64,000 nt of DNA, from NCBI GenBank assembly GCA_947494155.1, contig CANLTW010000002.1:64001-128000 (forward strand), written 5' to 3'. Position 1 is the first letter of the stretch; each line of letters begins with the position of its first letter. The notes beneath the pieces were generated by a model that ran no database searches, had not been told where the DNA came from, and saw only the letters and a program-made list of their open reading frames with translations. Below are positions 20,735-31,648 of the stretch, one piece after another. The position numbers and the translations under genes were made by a program. The DNA comes from Chlamydiota bacterium (GTDB taxonomy: Bacteria; Chlamydiota; Chlamydiia; Chlamydiales; RGXB01).

Positions 20735-22194
20735 TGTTAAAACCATTTTCCTATTATTTAGTAGGCCTATACATCCCTTTCGGCCTCGCATCTGGGTTCA
20801 TGTTAGGCGCCAACTCCTCGTCTACAACTAACTATGAACCTCGTTTAGATAAAAATTATGTTAAAATAGTAGATGAGGTGCAGCGCCCCTTTATTTATGT
20901 ATCAACCAAAGCCAAAAGAACGGTTGTGCAGCTTAAAGTCGAATGCGCCACCAATTCTCAACCCGATATGCATGGCTGGCCTTTCGATGATGAGTTTTTT
21001 AACCAATTCTTTGGAAAAAGACCCCCTCAAGAGCAGCAGAAAGCTAAGTTAAGCCTTGGGACCGGATTTTTTGTCAGCCCAGACGGGTACATTCTCACTA
21101 ACTATCATGTGGTGAAAAATGCAAAAAACATCAAAGTGAGCTTTCTGGACCACACCGAAAACGAGATGCCTGCCGAGTTCATCGGGGGCGATCCTAAAAC
21201 GGATGTTGCGGTTATTAAGGTGAATGTCCAAGACCACGAATACCTCTCTTTTGCCGAAGACTCTAACTTAGAAGTGGGCCAATGTGTGATCGCCGCGGGC
21301 AACCCTTTTGAGCTTACAACCAGTATCACTATGGGGGTAATCTCCGCAAAAAATCGGAATAACTTGCAAATTACCGATGTGGGAGATTTTATCCAGACCG
21401 ATGCAGCTATCAATCCGGGAAATTCGGGTGGACCGTTGTTGAATCTTTATGGCGAAGTAGTTGGTATGAATACGGCTATTCTCTCCAATTCGGGGGGGTA
21501 CATGGGTGTTGGATTTGCTATCCCCTCCTCTATCTGCCAAAACATTATGTACCAGCTAAAAAAAGATGGTCAGGTGCGTTGGGGTTACCTTGGGGTCTCG
21601 GTTCAATTTATTGATCAGGAACTTGGCGAAGCTTTCGGCACCTCGAAAGGGGCCCTTGTTGCCTCTGTGCAAAAGGGATCACCTGCAGATAAAGCGGGAG
21701 TCCTTACAGGAGATGTCATTCTTGGCGTCGACAGCAAAAACATCAATACTCCCCAAGAGCTCGAGTCTGCGGTGCGTTTAAAAACTCCGGGCAAAGAGAT
21801 TGTTTTACGTGTCCTAAGAGAGAAAAAAGAGGTGAAGTTAAAAGCTACCATCGACGACAGAACTGCAACAGAGCTTGGAGAAGGTCATGACGCAAGGCTC
21901 GGGATTACCGTTGAACCTACGTCTCAAGGAACTCTTCAGCGCTATCAACATACCGTTTTGGATGTGGAAGGGGTTGTGGTAAAATCGATAGATGACAACT
22001 CTCTACTCAAAGGGAAAATCCAGATCGGTAACGTGATTAGCCAAATCAATAATAAGAAAATCCGCTCTGCGCAAGACTTTGTCGCAGCGATGAAAGAGGT
22101 GGAAAACAAAATTGCAACGCTCCTTGTTTTAAACCAGCGGGGTCAATATCTTTTTGTCAGTTTGGGCCCAGACCTAAAAAACAACAAAAAGTAA
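20734..22194 (+). CDS. htrA: DegP/HtrA serine protease with two PDZ domains
   Basis: TNYHVV, DVAVIK, IQTDAAINPGNSGGPL; PDZ signatures GYLGV and LGITV. Confidence 0.96.
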   Translation: MLKPFSYYLVGLYIPFGLASGFMLGANSSSTTNYEPRLDKNYVKIVDEVQRPFIYVSTKAKRTVVQLKVECATNSQPDMHGWPFDDEFFNQFFGKRPPQEQQKAKLSLGTGFFVSPDGYILTNYHVVKNAKNIKVSFLDHTENEMPAEFIGGDPKTDVAVIKVNVQDHEYLSFAEDSNLEVGQCVIAAGNPFELTTSITMGVISAKNRNNLQITDVGDFIQTDAAINPGNSGGPLLNLYGEVVGMNTAILSNSGGYMGVGFAIPSSICQNIMYQLKKDGQVRWGYLGVSVQFIDQELGEAFGTSKGALVASVQKGSPADKAGVLTGDVILGVDSKNINTPQELESAVRLKTPGKEIVLRVLREKKEVKLKATIDDRTATELGEGHDARLGITVEPTSQGTLQRYQHTVLDVEGVVVKSIDDNSLLKGKIQIGNVISQINNKKIRSAQDFVAAMKEVENKIATLLVLNQRGQYLFVSLGPDLKNNKK

Positions 22195-22201
22195 TCGCTA
22201 G

Positions 22202-22228
22202 AACCCGGTGATAAGCCGGGTTTTTTAT
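22202..22228. terminator. Terminator between convergent htrA and M50 protease genes
   Basis: AACCCGG-TGATAAG-CCGGGTT followed by a T-run. Confidence 0.75.
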
Positions 22229-23361
22229 TTCTCTAGTATGATGCTTTGGAATAATGGATGAGAGCGAATTGTATCAAAAACGGGATCTTGTATCGAACTT
22301 TTATCCAATCCTAAGTCTAAGGCAACTTTAAGAAACTGAACAGCCAGCTCAATCTCCCCAACAATAGCCCCCGCTTTGGCGGCTAGAAAAGCCTCGATCG
22401 GCCCAGGCTCCTCCTGAAAGATATACGTAGCCATTTCTATAGTAAGGGGGTAGTCTTTCTCTTCAAAAGAGGCTTTAAGGAGTATTTTTTTAGATTCTAA
22501 TGAAATTTGCACCTTAATGGGATTAAGAAGGTTGTATGCCTCTTTGTAATCTTGTTTGAGATGGGCCATTTTAGCCAGAGCTTCGCAAGATTTGGTAAAG
22601 CAGTAGCCCTCTTTTGCCTCCTCTTTCACTTTTCGATAGATTTTTTCCGCTTCTGCTAAATTATGCTCAGACTCCAAAATCTCAGCTTGGGTGATATTTT
22701 TTCGTGTTTCTTCGCTGAAATCGGCTTCACCCATCCTTTTGACTTGTTTGAAAATTTCAATCCCTTGAAAAAGCAAGAACATGAAGATAATCCCTAAAAA
22801 AAGCTGACCGATAAGGAAAAAACCCACCACAGCGGCTGATGCAAAGAAAATCGATAGCCCGGCGCTGATTAGATAACCTTTAAATCCAAAAATCCCTTGA
22901 CATATCACACGCACCAGCTGACCGCCGTCAAGAGGTAATATAGGTAAAAGATTCAAAACGGTCCAAAATCCATTCACAAAACCAAAAAGAAATGGGTAGG
23001 CAGCGTAAGGGGAACTTTTTACCGCCGGGATATTAAAAATAAAAAACCCTAAAAAACATAGAAAAAGGCTCATCATCGGGCCGGCTAGGACTACTAAAAA
23101 CTCCTTGAATCCGTTGATCTTTGGACCCTCAGGATAGGTTAACCCCCCAAAAGCAATCAGTTCAATCCGAGGTTTTTGACCAAACATTTTAGAAACAACA
23201 GCGTGTCCATACTCATGAACTAAAACCGAAACAAAAATCACCAGAATCCAAAATAGGGTTCCAATAAGATTTAATGAATTCAAAAAGCCTATCAAAGCGG
23301 CGACTAAAAAGAAGGGCCAAGTGACTTTTACGGGGATACTTTTTCCAAACTCAAACATCAT
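22225..23361 (-). CDS. Site-2 protease (M50, SpoIVFB-like) with C-terminal TPR-like helices
   Basis: [22 protein letters not shown], multiple TM segments; helical C-terminal region. Confidence 0.9.
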   Translation of the reverse strand: MMFEFGKSIPVKVTWPFFLVAALIGFLNSLNLIGTLFWILVIFVSVLVHEYGHAVVSKMFGQKPRIELIAFGGLTYPEGPKINGFKEFLVVLAGPMMSLFLCFLGFFIFNIPAVKSSPYAAYPFLFGFVNGFWTVLNLLPILPLDGGQLVRVICQGIFGFKGYLISAGLSIFFASAAVVGFFLIGQLFLGIIFMFLLFQGIEIFKQVKRMGEADFSEETRKNITQAEILESEHNLAEAEKIYRKVKEEAKEGYCFTKSCEALAKMAHLKQDYKEAYNLLNPIKVQISLESKKILLKASFEEKDYPLTIEMATYIFQEEPGPIEAFLAAKAGAIVGEIELAVQFLKVALDLGLDKSSIQDPVFDTIRSHPLFQSIILEK

Positions 23362-24242
23362 TTGCCCTTAAAATTTTTTATGGCCTCAACTAGTGCATGA
23401 CCCATTTCTGCTGGAGTTTGTGCAACACATACCCCGCACTCTTTTAAAATACGGATTTTATCCTGTGCTTTTCCAGAACCATTCGAGACAATTGCCCCAG
23501 CATGGCCCATTCTTTTTCCTTCAGGTGCCGTTGCACCAGCTATAAATGCTGCCACAGGTTTTGTGACGTGCTCACGTATATATCTTCCCGCTTCCTCCTC
23601 TTGAGATCCCCCAATCTCCCCGATCATCAAAATAGAGTGGGTGTTGGGATCTTTTTCAAAAAGCTTGATTGCGTCGATAAAATTCGTCCCGTTTATGGGA
23701 TCTCCCCCAATTCCGATACACGTTGACTGCCCCAAATTCAATTGGCTGGTCTGATGGACTGCCTCGTAAGTTAAGGTTCCCGATCTCGAAACAATCCCTA
23801 CATGCCCTTTTTTATGAATATACCCTGGCATAATACCGATTTTGCACTCACCCGGACTGATGATTCCAGGGCAGTTTGGCCCTATCAATCGGCTATTAGA
23901 AAGCCTCAAGGCCGATTGCACCTCCAGCATGTCTTTAACGGGAATCCCCTCAGTGATGCAGACAATAAGTCCAATTTTTGCATCGATCGCTTCTAAAATT
24001 GCGTCGGCCGCATAGGGAGGGGGTACGAAGATCATGGATGCATCTACCTCCATCTCCCTGACAATTTCATGGACTGTATCAAAAACAGGGAGGTTGGATA
24101 AACTTTCGCCTCCCTTTCCCGGAGTCACTCCGGCAATAAATTTCGAACCGTAGGCTATACATTCCTGCGTATGAAAAGCTCCCGCTTTACCTGTGATCCC
24201 TTGCGTGATAATTTTCGTATTTTTTCCAATTAAAACAGCCAT
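23358..24242 (-). CDS. sucD: Succinyl-CoA synthetase alpha subunit
   Basis: [28 protein letters not shown]. Confidence 0.97.
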   Translation of the reverse strand: MAVLIGKNTKIITQGITGKAGAFHTQECIAYGSKFIAGVTPGKGGESLSNLPVFDTVHEIVREMEVDASMIFVPPPYAADAILEAIDAKIGLIVCITEGIPVKDMLEVQSALRLSNSRLIGPNCPGIISPGECKIGIMPGYIHKKGHVGIVSRSGTLTYEAVHQTSQLNLGQSTCIGIGGDPINGTNFIDAIKLFEKDPNTHSILMIGEIGGSQEEEAGRYIREHVTKPVAAFIAGATAPEGKRMGHAGAIVSNGSGKAQDKIRILKECGVCVAQTPAEMGHALVEAIKNFKGK

Positions 24243-25400
24243 CTAGATCACCTCCTGGACTTGAGCCACAATTTTTTTGGCTGCATCCAAAAGATCTACC
24301 GCTGCGATGATTTCAAGCCCGCAGTCTTCCAACAGCTGTTCACCCTCTTTCACATGGGTACCCTCTAAGCGTACAACGATCGGAATTTTGATTTTGCGCT
24401 CTTTAACCACATGGATAATCCCCTCTGCAATCATTTTGCAGCTGACGATCCCACCAAAAATATTCACCAAAATCCCCTTCACCTGAGGATCGCTAAGGAT
24501 CATCTCAAACCCGAAAGCAATCCTCTCTTTTGTGGCACTGCCCCCCACATCCAGAAAATTCGCAGGCTTTCCCCCCTCATGCTGAATAATATCCATGGTT
24601 GCCATGGCAAGACCCGCCCCATTCACCATGCAACCGATATTTCCGTCTAAAGAGACATACGAAAGATCATTCTCAAAAGCGGCATTTTCTGCGGAGCTAT
24701 ATTGAGAGGGATCACGCATTTCTGCAATCAAGGGATGACGAAATAGCGCGTTATCATCGATACCAAATTTGGCGTCCAAGGCAACGAGTTGCTGACTGGG
24801 TGTTAAAACCAAGGGGTTTATTTCTAAAATAGAGGCATCTAAATCGTAAAAAGCTTTGACTAAATTTTGGATAATTTTCGCGGCCTGCTTCGCAACGTCC
24901 CCTTTAAAACCCATAAATTTATTAAAGGCGACAATTTGGTACATCCTTAATTTACCAGGCAAACTAATTGGCAAGGTTAGAATTTTCTCAGGGTGCTTTT
25001 CGGCCACCTCTTCAATATCCATCCCCCCTTCCGTTGAGGCGATAAGAATCATCTGTTTTTTAGCCCGGTCGATAATAGCCGCTAAATAGTACTCCTTATC
25101 GATATCCACAGGCTTACTCAAAATCACTGCGTTGGCAATTACACCCTGAGGCCCGGTCTGGTTGTTACACATCTTCATCCCTAAAAGGCGTCTGGTAACC
25201 TCTTTTATCTCCTGCAGGGATTTCGCAAATTTCACCCCGCCAGCCTTTCCTCGACCCCCGGCATGCACCTGGATTTTCACCACCGCTTCGTCAAGATTTA
25301 GTTCTTTAAGTTCCTCTAGATGACGAATCACAATATACTCAGGCACAGGAATATGATACCTTTTCAAAAGCTCTTTTGCCTGGTATTCATGTATATTCAT
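24243..25400 (-). CDS. sucC: Succinyl-CoA synthetase beta subunit
   Basis: MNIHEYQAKELL, GGRGKAGGV, NGAGLAMATMD, NFLDVGG. Confidence 0.97.
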   Translation of the reverse strand: MNIHEYQAKELLKRYHIPVPEYIVIRHLEELKELNLDEAVVKIQVHAGGRGKAGGVKFAKSLQEIKEVTRRLLGMKMCNNQTGPQGVIANAVILSKPVDIDKEYYLAAIIDRAKKQMILIASTEGGMDIEEVAEKHPEKILTLPISLPGKLRMYQIVAFNKFMGFKGDVAKQAAKIIQNLVKAFYDLDASILEINPLVLTPSQQLVALDAKFGIDDNALFRHPLIAEMRDPSQYSSAENAAFENDLSYVSLDGNIGCMVNGAGLAMATMDIIQHEGGKPANFLDVGGSATKERIAFGFEMILSDPQVKGILVNIFGGIVSCKMIAEGIIHVVKERKIKIPIVVRLEGTHVKEGEQLLEDCGLEIIAAVDLLDAAKKIVAQVQEVI

Positions 25401-25644
25401 ATCTCTTCCTCTCGCCTCTATATCTCTAAAAATTCATTATAATTCAACTATCAAATGCTATCTTTGTATTTATATAATTGGTTAAGAGAGGGAAATAACT
25501 TTTAAAACCATTTTTCTTTCGAAAATATTTTATGAACGCTGGGGATGAGTAACCCCCCTTTTTTTCCCTGTTTTTGGCTCTACTTGTCATCCCTAAGCTG
25601 TTTATGATAAGATAGGGTCTTACAGATCGAAATACGGGTATTCC

Positions 25645-26538
25645 TTGTTCAGCTTGCTAAAAGATAAGTATAAAAAGATTAAAAAATTTTTCCTCCACTC
25701 CCTCCAAACGATTTTTTCCAAAAAGATGGACCAGGAGCAGTGGGATCGTCTGGAAGAGCTTTTATACATGCAAGACCTTGGGGGATCCTTAGTGGATGAG
25801 ATTCTTGAGGGGATTAAGCTTTTTCATAAATCTCATCCGCAAGCTGAGGAGAGCGACTATATCCAATGGATGAAAAAATTTATGCTCTCTTTGTTCCCTT
25901 TACAAAACGAGCCTCTCCCTAGATTCTATCCAAAAGGGTCCTTAGTATTAGTTGTTGGGGTAAATGGCTCTGGTAAAACCACAACTATTGGCCGGCTTGC
26001 CCATTTTTATCGGGAGCAGAACCAGAAAATTCTAGTAGCACCGGGCGACACTTTTAGAGCAGCTGCAAAAGAGCAACTCTCTATATGGGCAAAAAGGGCG
26101 CAAGTTGACATGGTTGATAGCTTATCGAAAGAACCTTCGGGGGTAATCTATGAAGCGCTACAAAAAGGGCAAAGCGGGGAATATGATCTTATTCTTGCTG
26201 ACACTGCGGGTCGGCTGGATGCGAAGGTTGAGTTGATGCGGGAGCTGGAGAAGGTGATCCGGACGGCTAAGAAATTGCAGCCCGAAGCTCCACAGGAAAT
26301 CCTCTACATCTTGGATGCTACTCTTGGACAAAATGGTTTAGATCAATTGAAAGCATTTCTACAAGTCTGCCCTGTAACCGGCATATGCCTGACAAAAATG
26401 GACGGCACGGCAAAAGGGGGGGTAGCCTTAAGAGTGCAAAAAGAGTTAAAGATCCCGATTTTATGGATCGGGCTAGGGGAAAGCTTGCACGATTTACAGC
26501 CATTTGATGCTAACCAGTACGTAGAGTCGTTATTTTAG
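25645..26538 (+). CDS. ftsY: Signal recognition particle receptor FtsY (NG domain only)
   Basis: GVNGSGKTTT, DTFRAAA, DTAGR, TKMDGTAKGG. Confidence 0.96.
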   Translation: MFSLLKDKYKKIKKFFLHSLQTIFSKKMDQEQWDRLEELLYMQDLGGSLVDEILEGIKLFHKSHPQAEESDYIQWMKKFMLSLFPLQNEPLPRFYPKGSLVLVVGVNGSGKTTTIGRLAHFYREQNQKILVAPGDTFRAAAKEQLSIWAKRAQVDMVDSLSKEPSGVIYEALQKGQSGEYDLILADTAGRLDAKVELMRELEKVIRTAKKLQPEAPQEILYILDATLGQNGLDQLKAFLQVCPVTGICLTKMDGTAKGGVALRVQKELKIPILWIGLGESLHDLQPFDANQYVESLF

Positions 26539-27206
26539 TGGAAAAAGAGTTACTAGAACTTGTACGTGAATTGAAATTTTTGGTTGCTCCCAAAAAGAGA
26601 AACCCCGTGAAGGATTCTGTGCAAAAAACACCTCAAAAAACAGCTCTTGCCAGTATGAACTCCCCTTTGCCTCAGCCTATTGTTTTACCCAAATTACGGC
26701 ATGAGGAGAAGAAAACAGAGAAAAAAGTGGAGTTGCCCCCGGTAAAAGTTCTCCACCTCCCTCTTCATGATTTGACCGATTGGTATCAAAAAAGATTTAA
26801 AACACAAGCCATCACCCCTCTGAGCGATAAAAGGGCTTTTGATGCGAAAACACGCTATTTGGATGGAACAAAAGAGGCATCGGTAGTTGTTGTGATCCCA
26901 AAGAAACTTAAAGAAGGGAAAGAACTTTACAAAGCTATCCAAACGGCGATTCACCAGTATCTTGTCCCCTGTATGGTTTTGGCAAAAGAACAATTGAGTA
27001 AAGAGCTTGTGGGTCAATCAAGACTTTTGATTTTAGATTTAGATTGGATCAAATCCTTGGAAAAAGAGATAGAATACGACCCTGAAACAAAAACTCCAAC
27101 CCTTTGGAAAATTCCTATTTACCCTTTAGAACCTTACGAAATACTCCAAACCCCTCTGGGAAAAAAACGGCTATGGCAAGCTCTGCTCTCCCTCCCCCAT
27201 TCCTAG
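26538..27206 (+). CDS. Hypothetical protein, probably conserved in chlamydiae
   Basis: Coupled to ftsY and overlapping priA; C-terminal KKRLWQAL; position resembles the gene preceding priA in Chlamydia. Confidence 0.65.
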   Translation: MEKELLELVRELKFLVAPKKRNPVKDSVQKTPQKTALASMNSPLPQPIVLPKLRHEEKKTEKKVELPPVKVLHLPLHDLTDWYQKRFKTQAITPLSDKRAFDAKTRYLDGTKEASVVVVIPKKLKEGKELYKAIQTAIHQYLVPCMVLAKEQLSKELVGQSRLLILDLDWIKSLEKEIEYDPETKTPTLWKIPIYPLEPYEILQTPLGKKRLWQALLSLPHS

Positions 27207-29395
27207 AGGTTCTAGTCGATCAAAAAATCGACAAACCCTTGTGTTATGAAAATTGCGGGCTTCTTCTTTTTGTAGGCTCCCGCGTTCTTGTGCCGTTACG
27301 CAACAAAATAGTGAAGGCTACCGTAGTCAAGGCGCTAGAAAAACCCTCTTTTGCTAAAACAGCAAAGATCCACTCCCTTCTTGAGGAGGAATCTCTTACA
27401 GAGGATTTGATGCAGCTTGCCTCCTGGATGAGCGAATACTACATGACCCCATTCCAAAAAGTATTGACTACCCTTTTGCCCGCGTCGCTGAAAAAAAAGA
27501 CCCAAAAAGAGGAGCAATTTTTTGTCGAGAAAAAGGCGTCTTTGGCAACCCTCATAGAATTAGCCGCCTCAATCAGTCAAAAAAATCATCCCCAAAAAAA
27601 AGTGCTTGAGGTGATTTTAAAGCAGGATAAAGGGATCTACCTTTCCAAGCTTTTGGAATTGGCTGAAACCTCCAAAAGCCCAGTGGATACTCTAGTAAAA
27701 AAAGGGTTTTTAGCACTCAAAAAAATTGAGGTGGACCGCTCTTTTTTTCAACATGAGGATTTCCTCTTAGCCCCTAGCAAAACACTCAATAGCGAGCAGA
27801 TGGCAGCTCTAAAGAAAATCACCACAAAACTTGATGAAAAAACGTTTCATACCGAGCTTCTTTTTGGTGTTACAGGGAGCGGAAAAACCGAGGTTTATCT
27901 ACAAGCGATCCATAAGGCCCGCTCCATGGGGCTGGGGGTAGTATTCCTCGTTCCCGAAATAGCACTTACAACCCAAACGATCGAAAGGCTCCTTTCACGA
28001 TTTAGTGAACAAATAGCCGTTTTACATCATCGTCTTTCCGATGGAGAGCGGTTTGACGCCTATAGAGGGATTCTAAGCGGTAAAATTTCGATTGTCATCG
28101 GGGCAAGATCGGCGATTTTTGCTCCGGTGCAGAATCTAGGTCTCATCATCGTTGATGAAGAGCAGGATGGCTCGTTTAAACAAACAGAGGAGATGCCCTG
28201 TTATAATGCAAGAGACGTAGCTATTGTACGAGCCAAAAACCTTAATGCGCTTTGTATTTTAGGGAGCGCTACCCCCTGTTTTGAAACTTATTACAACGCA
28301 GAAAACCTCAAATATGGCCAGAGCACTCTTACGCTAAGAGCAAAACAAAATCCTTTGCCCGATGTAAAAATTGTCGACATGCGCCATGAGGACGATAAGA
28401 AAAAATGTCGCGCTCTTTTTAGCGATCTTTTATTAGAAAAGATCGAAGATCGGCTAAAAAAGGGGGAGCAAACACTCCTTTTTTTAAACCGAAGGGGTTT
28501 CTTTAAATGCCAAATTTGCACAAGCTGCAATGAAACCCTTAAGTGCGATCAGTGTGATGTTTGTCTGACTTACCACAAAGGCGAGAATATTTTAGCCTGT
28601 CACCTTTGTGGATTTACCCAAGACCCCCAAAAAGCATTTTGTAAAAAATGTTGTTCAAGAGAGACCATGCGGTTTCAGGGACCTGGTACTGAACAGGTGG
28701 AGAGGGCTTTAAAAGCTCTATTCAAAGAGGCCCGAGTTTTACGCATGGACCGCGACACAACGCGACACAAAGGGAGCCACGACGCCCTCTATCGAGAATT
28801 CAAGTCTCAAAAGGCCGATATCCTCATTGGTACACAAATGATTGCAAAAGGGCTCGATTTTCCTTTAGTCACTCTAGTAGGTATCCTTAATGCAGACTCG
28901 ATGCTCCATATTCCCGATTTCAGATCCCAAGAGAATGCTTTCCAATTACTCAGTCAAGTATCAGGCCGTGCGGGAAGGGGCGATTTTCCCGGGGAGGTGA
29001 TTTTACAGACTCGTCTACCTGAATATCCGGTAATTCACCACGCCTCCAAAGAGGATTTCAAAACCTTTTTCCATGAAGAGATTATCTTGCGCAAACAATT
29101 CCACTACCCCCCCTTCAAAAAATTGTGCCGTATTGTTTTACAGTCCTCTGAAAGTACCCTTTTAGATCAGTTTGGGGCCTATCTTACCCATCTATTTGAA
29201 AAAACCAGGGAAACGGATGTGGATATTTTGCCCTACACACTTTGTGGACTGACAAAAGCTAAAGGGCAACACCGGGGACAAATTCTTTTAAAAGCCCTTA
29301 AATTCTCCTCTTTGAAAAAAATGGTTCTAAAAATACCGAAGCATGAAAAAATCAAATGCCTGGTAGATGTGGATCCTCTTCAGACGTTTTTTTAA
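27173..29395 (+). CDS. priA: Primosomal protein N'
   Basis: GVTGSGKTEVY, VPEIALT, DEEQ, LNRRG, four CxxC motifs, GTQMIAKGLDFP, QVSGRAGR. Confidence 0.97.
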   Translation: MASSALPPPFLEVLVDQKIDKPLCYENCGLLLFVGSRVLVPLRNKIVKATVVKALEKPSFAKTAKIHSLLEEESLTEDLMQLASWMSEYYMTPFQKVLTTLLPASLKKKTQKEEQFFVEKKASLATLIELAASISQKNHPQKKVLEVILKQDKGIYLSKLLELAETSKSPVDTLVKKGFLALKKIEVDRSFFQHEDFLLAPSKTLNSEQMAALKKITTKLDEKTFHTELLFGVTGSGKTEVYLQAIHKARSMGLGVVFLVPEIALTTQTIERLLSRFSEQIAVLHHRLSDGERFDAYRGILSGKISIVIGARSAIFAPVQNLGLIIVDEEQDGSFKQTEEMPCYNARDVAIVRAKNLNALCILGSATPCFETYYNAENLKYGQSTLTLRAKQNPLPDVKIVDMRHEDDKKKCRALFSDLLLEKIEDRLKKGEQTLLFLNRRGFFKCQICTSCNETLKCDQCDVCLTYHKGENILACHLCGFTQDPQKAFCKKCCSRETMRFQGPGTEQVERALKALFKEARVLRMDRDTTRHKGSHDALYREFKSQKADILIGTQMIAKGLDFPLVTLVGILNADSMLHIPDFRSQENAFQLLSQVSGRAGRGDFPGEVILQTRLPEYPVIHHASKEDFKTFFHEEIILRKQFHYPPFKKLCRIVLQSSESTLLDQFGAYLTHLFEKTRETDVDILPYTLCGLTKAKGQHRGQILLKALKFSSLKKMVLKIPKHEKIKCLVDVDPLQTFF

Positions 29396-29476
29396 AAATT
29401 TTTTAATTCAATAATTTAAAATTTTAAAAAATCTTTAAATTATTTATCCTTGTGCCAACTATTTTAGGAGCTCCTA

Positions 29477-30034
29477 ATGTCATCCGTTTGCACACAGGCC
29501 CCCTTAATTTCTACCGATGATCTCCCTTTTTTTTATGCTAATCTGCAAAGCTCTCTTGATGTGAGTACAAAAATTAAAATATTAAAAATCACCGCGACCT
29601 CCCTTAAATCTGTTGATGGAGATAAGAGGTATTTAGAAAAAAGAAAATATAGATATTCGCCTCTAGATAGGGATATCCCCGAAGATAATGCTGAGCTCTA
29701 TCAAATTTTTTTGCAGGAATCTTTGCAGATCGAAAAAAGCGATCGGACTGATCCAAAAATACAGTTACTGTTGGTGTTGCTAAAAAAACCTTATGCATCC
29801 CCAGAAATCCAAAGTTTTTTAAATTGTATAAGACAAAATTACCTTGAAGAACAACAAAACCCTTTTTCTTTCCTAAAAGATAGAATTACTGACGGATTAT
29901 TCTCTGTTTATGAAGACCTACCCACTGAGGGACTCGAAAAGGTCTCTATCAGAGTGCATTTCTGTAAAAGGGATAACCCGGAAAAGATTTTGACCATAAG
30001 CTACGGAGGGAAACCCTCTATGGAGAATTTTTAA
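29477..30034 (+). CDS. Hypothetical protein (orphan)
   Basis: Strong RBS AGGAG, AT-rich upstream region, own terminator downstream. Confidence 0.7.
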   Translation: MSSVCTQAPLISTDDLPFFYANLQSSLDVSTKIKILKITATSLKSVDGDKRYLEKRKYRYSPLDRDIPEDNAELYQIFLQESLQIEKSDRTDPKIQLLLVLLKKPYASPEIQSFLNCIRQNYLEEQQNPFSFLKDRITDGLFSVYEDLPTEGLEKVSIRVHFCKRDNPEKILTISYGGKPSMENF

Positions 30035-30042
30035 GAAGTTTT

Positions 30043-30082
30043 TTGTAAAAAAGACCTCTTGAAAAAGAGGTCTTTTTTACAA
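30043..30082. terminator. Bidirectional intrinsic terminator
   Basis: Perfect 18-bp inverted repeat TTGTAAAAAAGACCTCTT-GAAA-AAGAGGTCTTTTTTACAA between convergent genes. Confidence 0.85.
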
Positions 30083-30091
30083 TAAGAATGT

Positions 30092-31648
30092 TTAAGACTG
30101 GTGCGGTTTCATCATAGGGAAATAGATGACGTCACGAATGGAAACCTCACCTGTTAACACCATGACGAGGCGATCGATCCCAATCCCCAGACCTCCTGTC
30201 GGAGGCATTCCGGTATTGAGCGCTTCAATAAACTCCTCATCCATAGGATGGGCCTCTTTATCTCCGGCGTCTTTAGCCTCTTGTTGCTGACGTAAAAGGG
30301 TCTCTTGCACAATCGGATCGTTGAGTTCAGAATAGGCGTTTGCCATTTCCATACCGAGCATAAATAGTTCAAATCGCTCAACAATCCCCTCCTCTTTCTG
30401 CTTAACATTTCGATGGAATTTGCAAAGAGGTGTCGTCTCAACCGGGTGGTCAATAATGAAATGGGGCTCTATCAGATGCTCTTCTACAAACTCTTCAAAA
30501 ATTTTTGCGATCAACAAACCTCTAGGGAGCTTTTTTACTTCAAGAGGATCCAACGGGGTCGATGCTAGAACCTCTTGCATTTGTTGATCACTCATTTGGT
30601 CGACATCCAAACCTTTGTAAATACGAATCGACTCTTTCATGGTATAGCGCTTCCAGGGGCCTGCTAAATTTAGGTGATGGGTATTCCCCTTCTTATCCTG
30701 GCGAGAACCTAAATCGGTTGTACCATAAAGCGAATGAGCTAAAGAGACAAAAAGCTTTTCGGTAAAATCCATTACATCGTAGTAGTCTTGATAGGCTGCA
30801 TAAGATTCTATCATTGTAAATTCGGGGTTATGCGTGCGGTCTAGCCCCTCATTTCTAAAAACCTTCGACATCTCGAATACCTTTCGAATCCCCCCCACAA
30901 TCAGCTTCTTCAACTGAATTTCCAGAGAAATTCTGAGAAAGGTATCCATGTGCAGAGCGTTAACATGCGTGATAAAAGGGCTTGCATTCGCTCCACCGTA
31001 AATAGATTGCAAAACAGGGGTCTCCACCTCCATAAATCCCTGATCCTCGTAGAACCGACGAATAAGAGAGAGAATACGCGAGCGTGTTTGAAATGTAGTC
31101 ATCACTTGAGGATTGCTGATAAGATCAAGCCAGCGCTTACGGTAACGCATTTCGATGTCGCTCAACCCGCTATATTTGTCTGGCAGGGGCAAAAGGGCTT
31201 TTGCTCTAAAGGTGACCTCTTTAGCATATACAGTCAACTCCCCGACGCGGGTGCGAAACAGATGCCCCTTAACCGATAAAAAATCGCCTAAGTCCACCAA
31301 TTTTTCCACAAACTTTATCCCTGAAAGCTCCTCGCTGGGATTAAGCCCCATCACGGCGGTATCATCGCGGTTCAGCATCACCTGAATAGTGTGATGTTCA
31401 TCAAGCAGAGTTAAAAAAGCATTTTTTCCCATAGCCCGAAATAGGACGACTCGACCGGCAACCTCTACCCAATCGGTCTCCCCTTTCTGCGCCTCTTCAG
31501 ATTGGCCAACTGGATGTCCGTGATATTTTTTTGCCAGATGTCCGGCAAGTATCGGATTAAGAGAATCTGCTGGATAGGGTTCGACACCTAAACCACGGAT
31601 CTCATCCAATTTTCTTAATCGGTTACGGTATTCTTCTGAATGTTGCAT
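30092..31648 (-). CDS. lysS: Lysine--tRNA ligase (class II)
   Basis: OB fold, RYRKRWLDLI, FRNEGLDRTHNPEFT, GMPPTGGLGIGIDRL. Confidence 0.97.
   Translation of the reverse strand: MQHSEEYRNRLRKLDEIRGLGVEPYPADSLNPILAGHLAKKYHGHPVGQSEEAQKGETDWVEVAGRVVLFRAMGKNAFLTLLDEHHTIQVMLNRDDTAVMGLNPSEELSGIKFVEKLVDLGDFLSVKGHLFRTRVGELTVYAKEVTFRAKALLPLPDKYSGLSDIEMRYRKRWLDLISNPQVMTTFQTRSRILSLIRRFYEDQGFMEVETPVLQSIYGGANASPFITHVNALHMDTFLRISLEIQLKKLIVGGIRKVFEMSKVFRNEGLDRTHNPEFTMIESYAAYQDYYDVMDFTEKLFVSLAHSLYGTTDLGSRQDKKGNTHHLNLAGPWKRYTMKESIRIYKGLDVDQMSDQQMQEVLASTPLDPLEVKKLPRGLLIAKIFEEFVEEHLIEPHFIIDHPVETTPLCKFHRNVKQKEEGIVERFELFMLGMEMANAYSELNDPIVQETLLRQQQEAKDAGDKEAHPMDEEFIEALNTGMPPTGGLGIGIDRLVMVLTGEVSIRDVIYFPMMKPHQS

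Noticed and set aside
25401..25644. Possible riboswitch or sRNA in the sucC-ftsY spacer
   Set aside because: Only a weak GGGG/CCCC pairing; adequately explained as a divergent promoter region.
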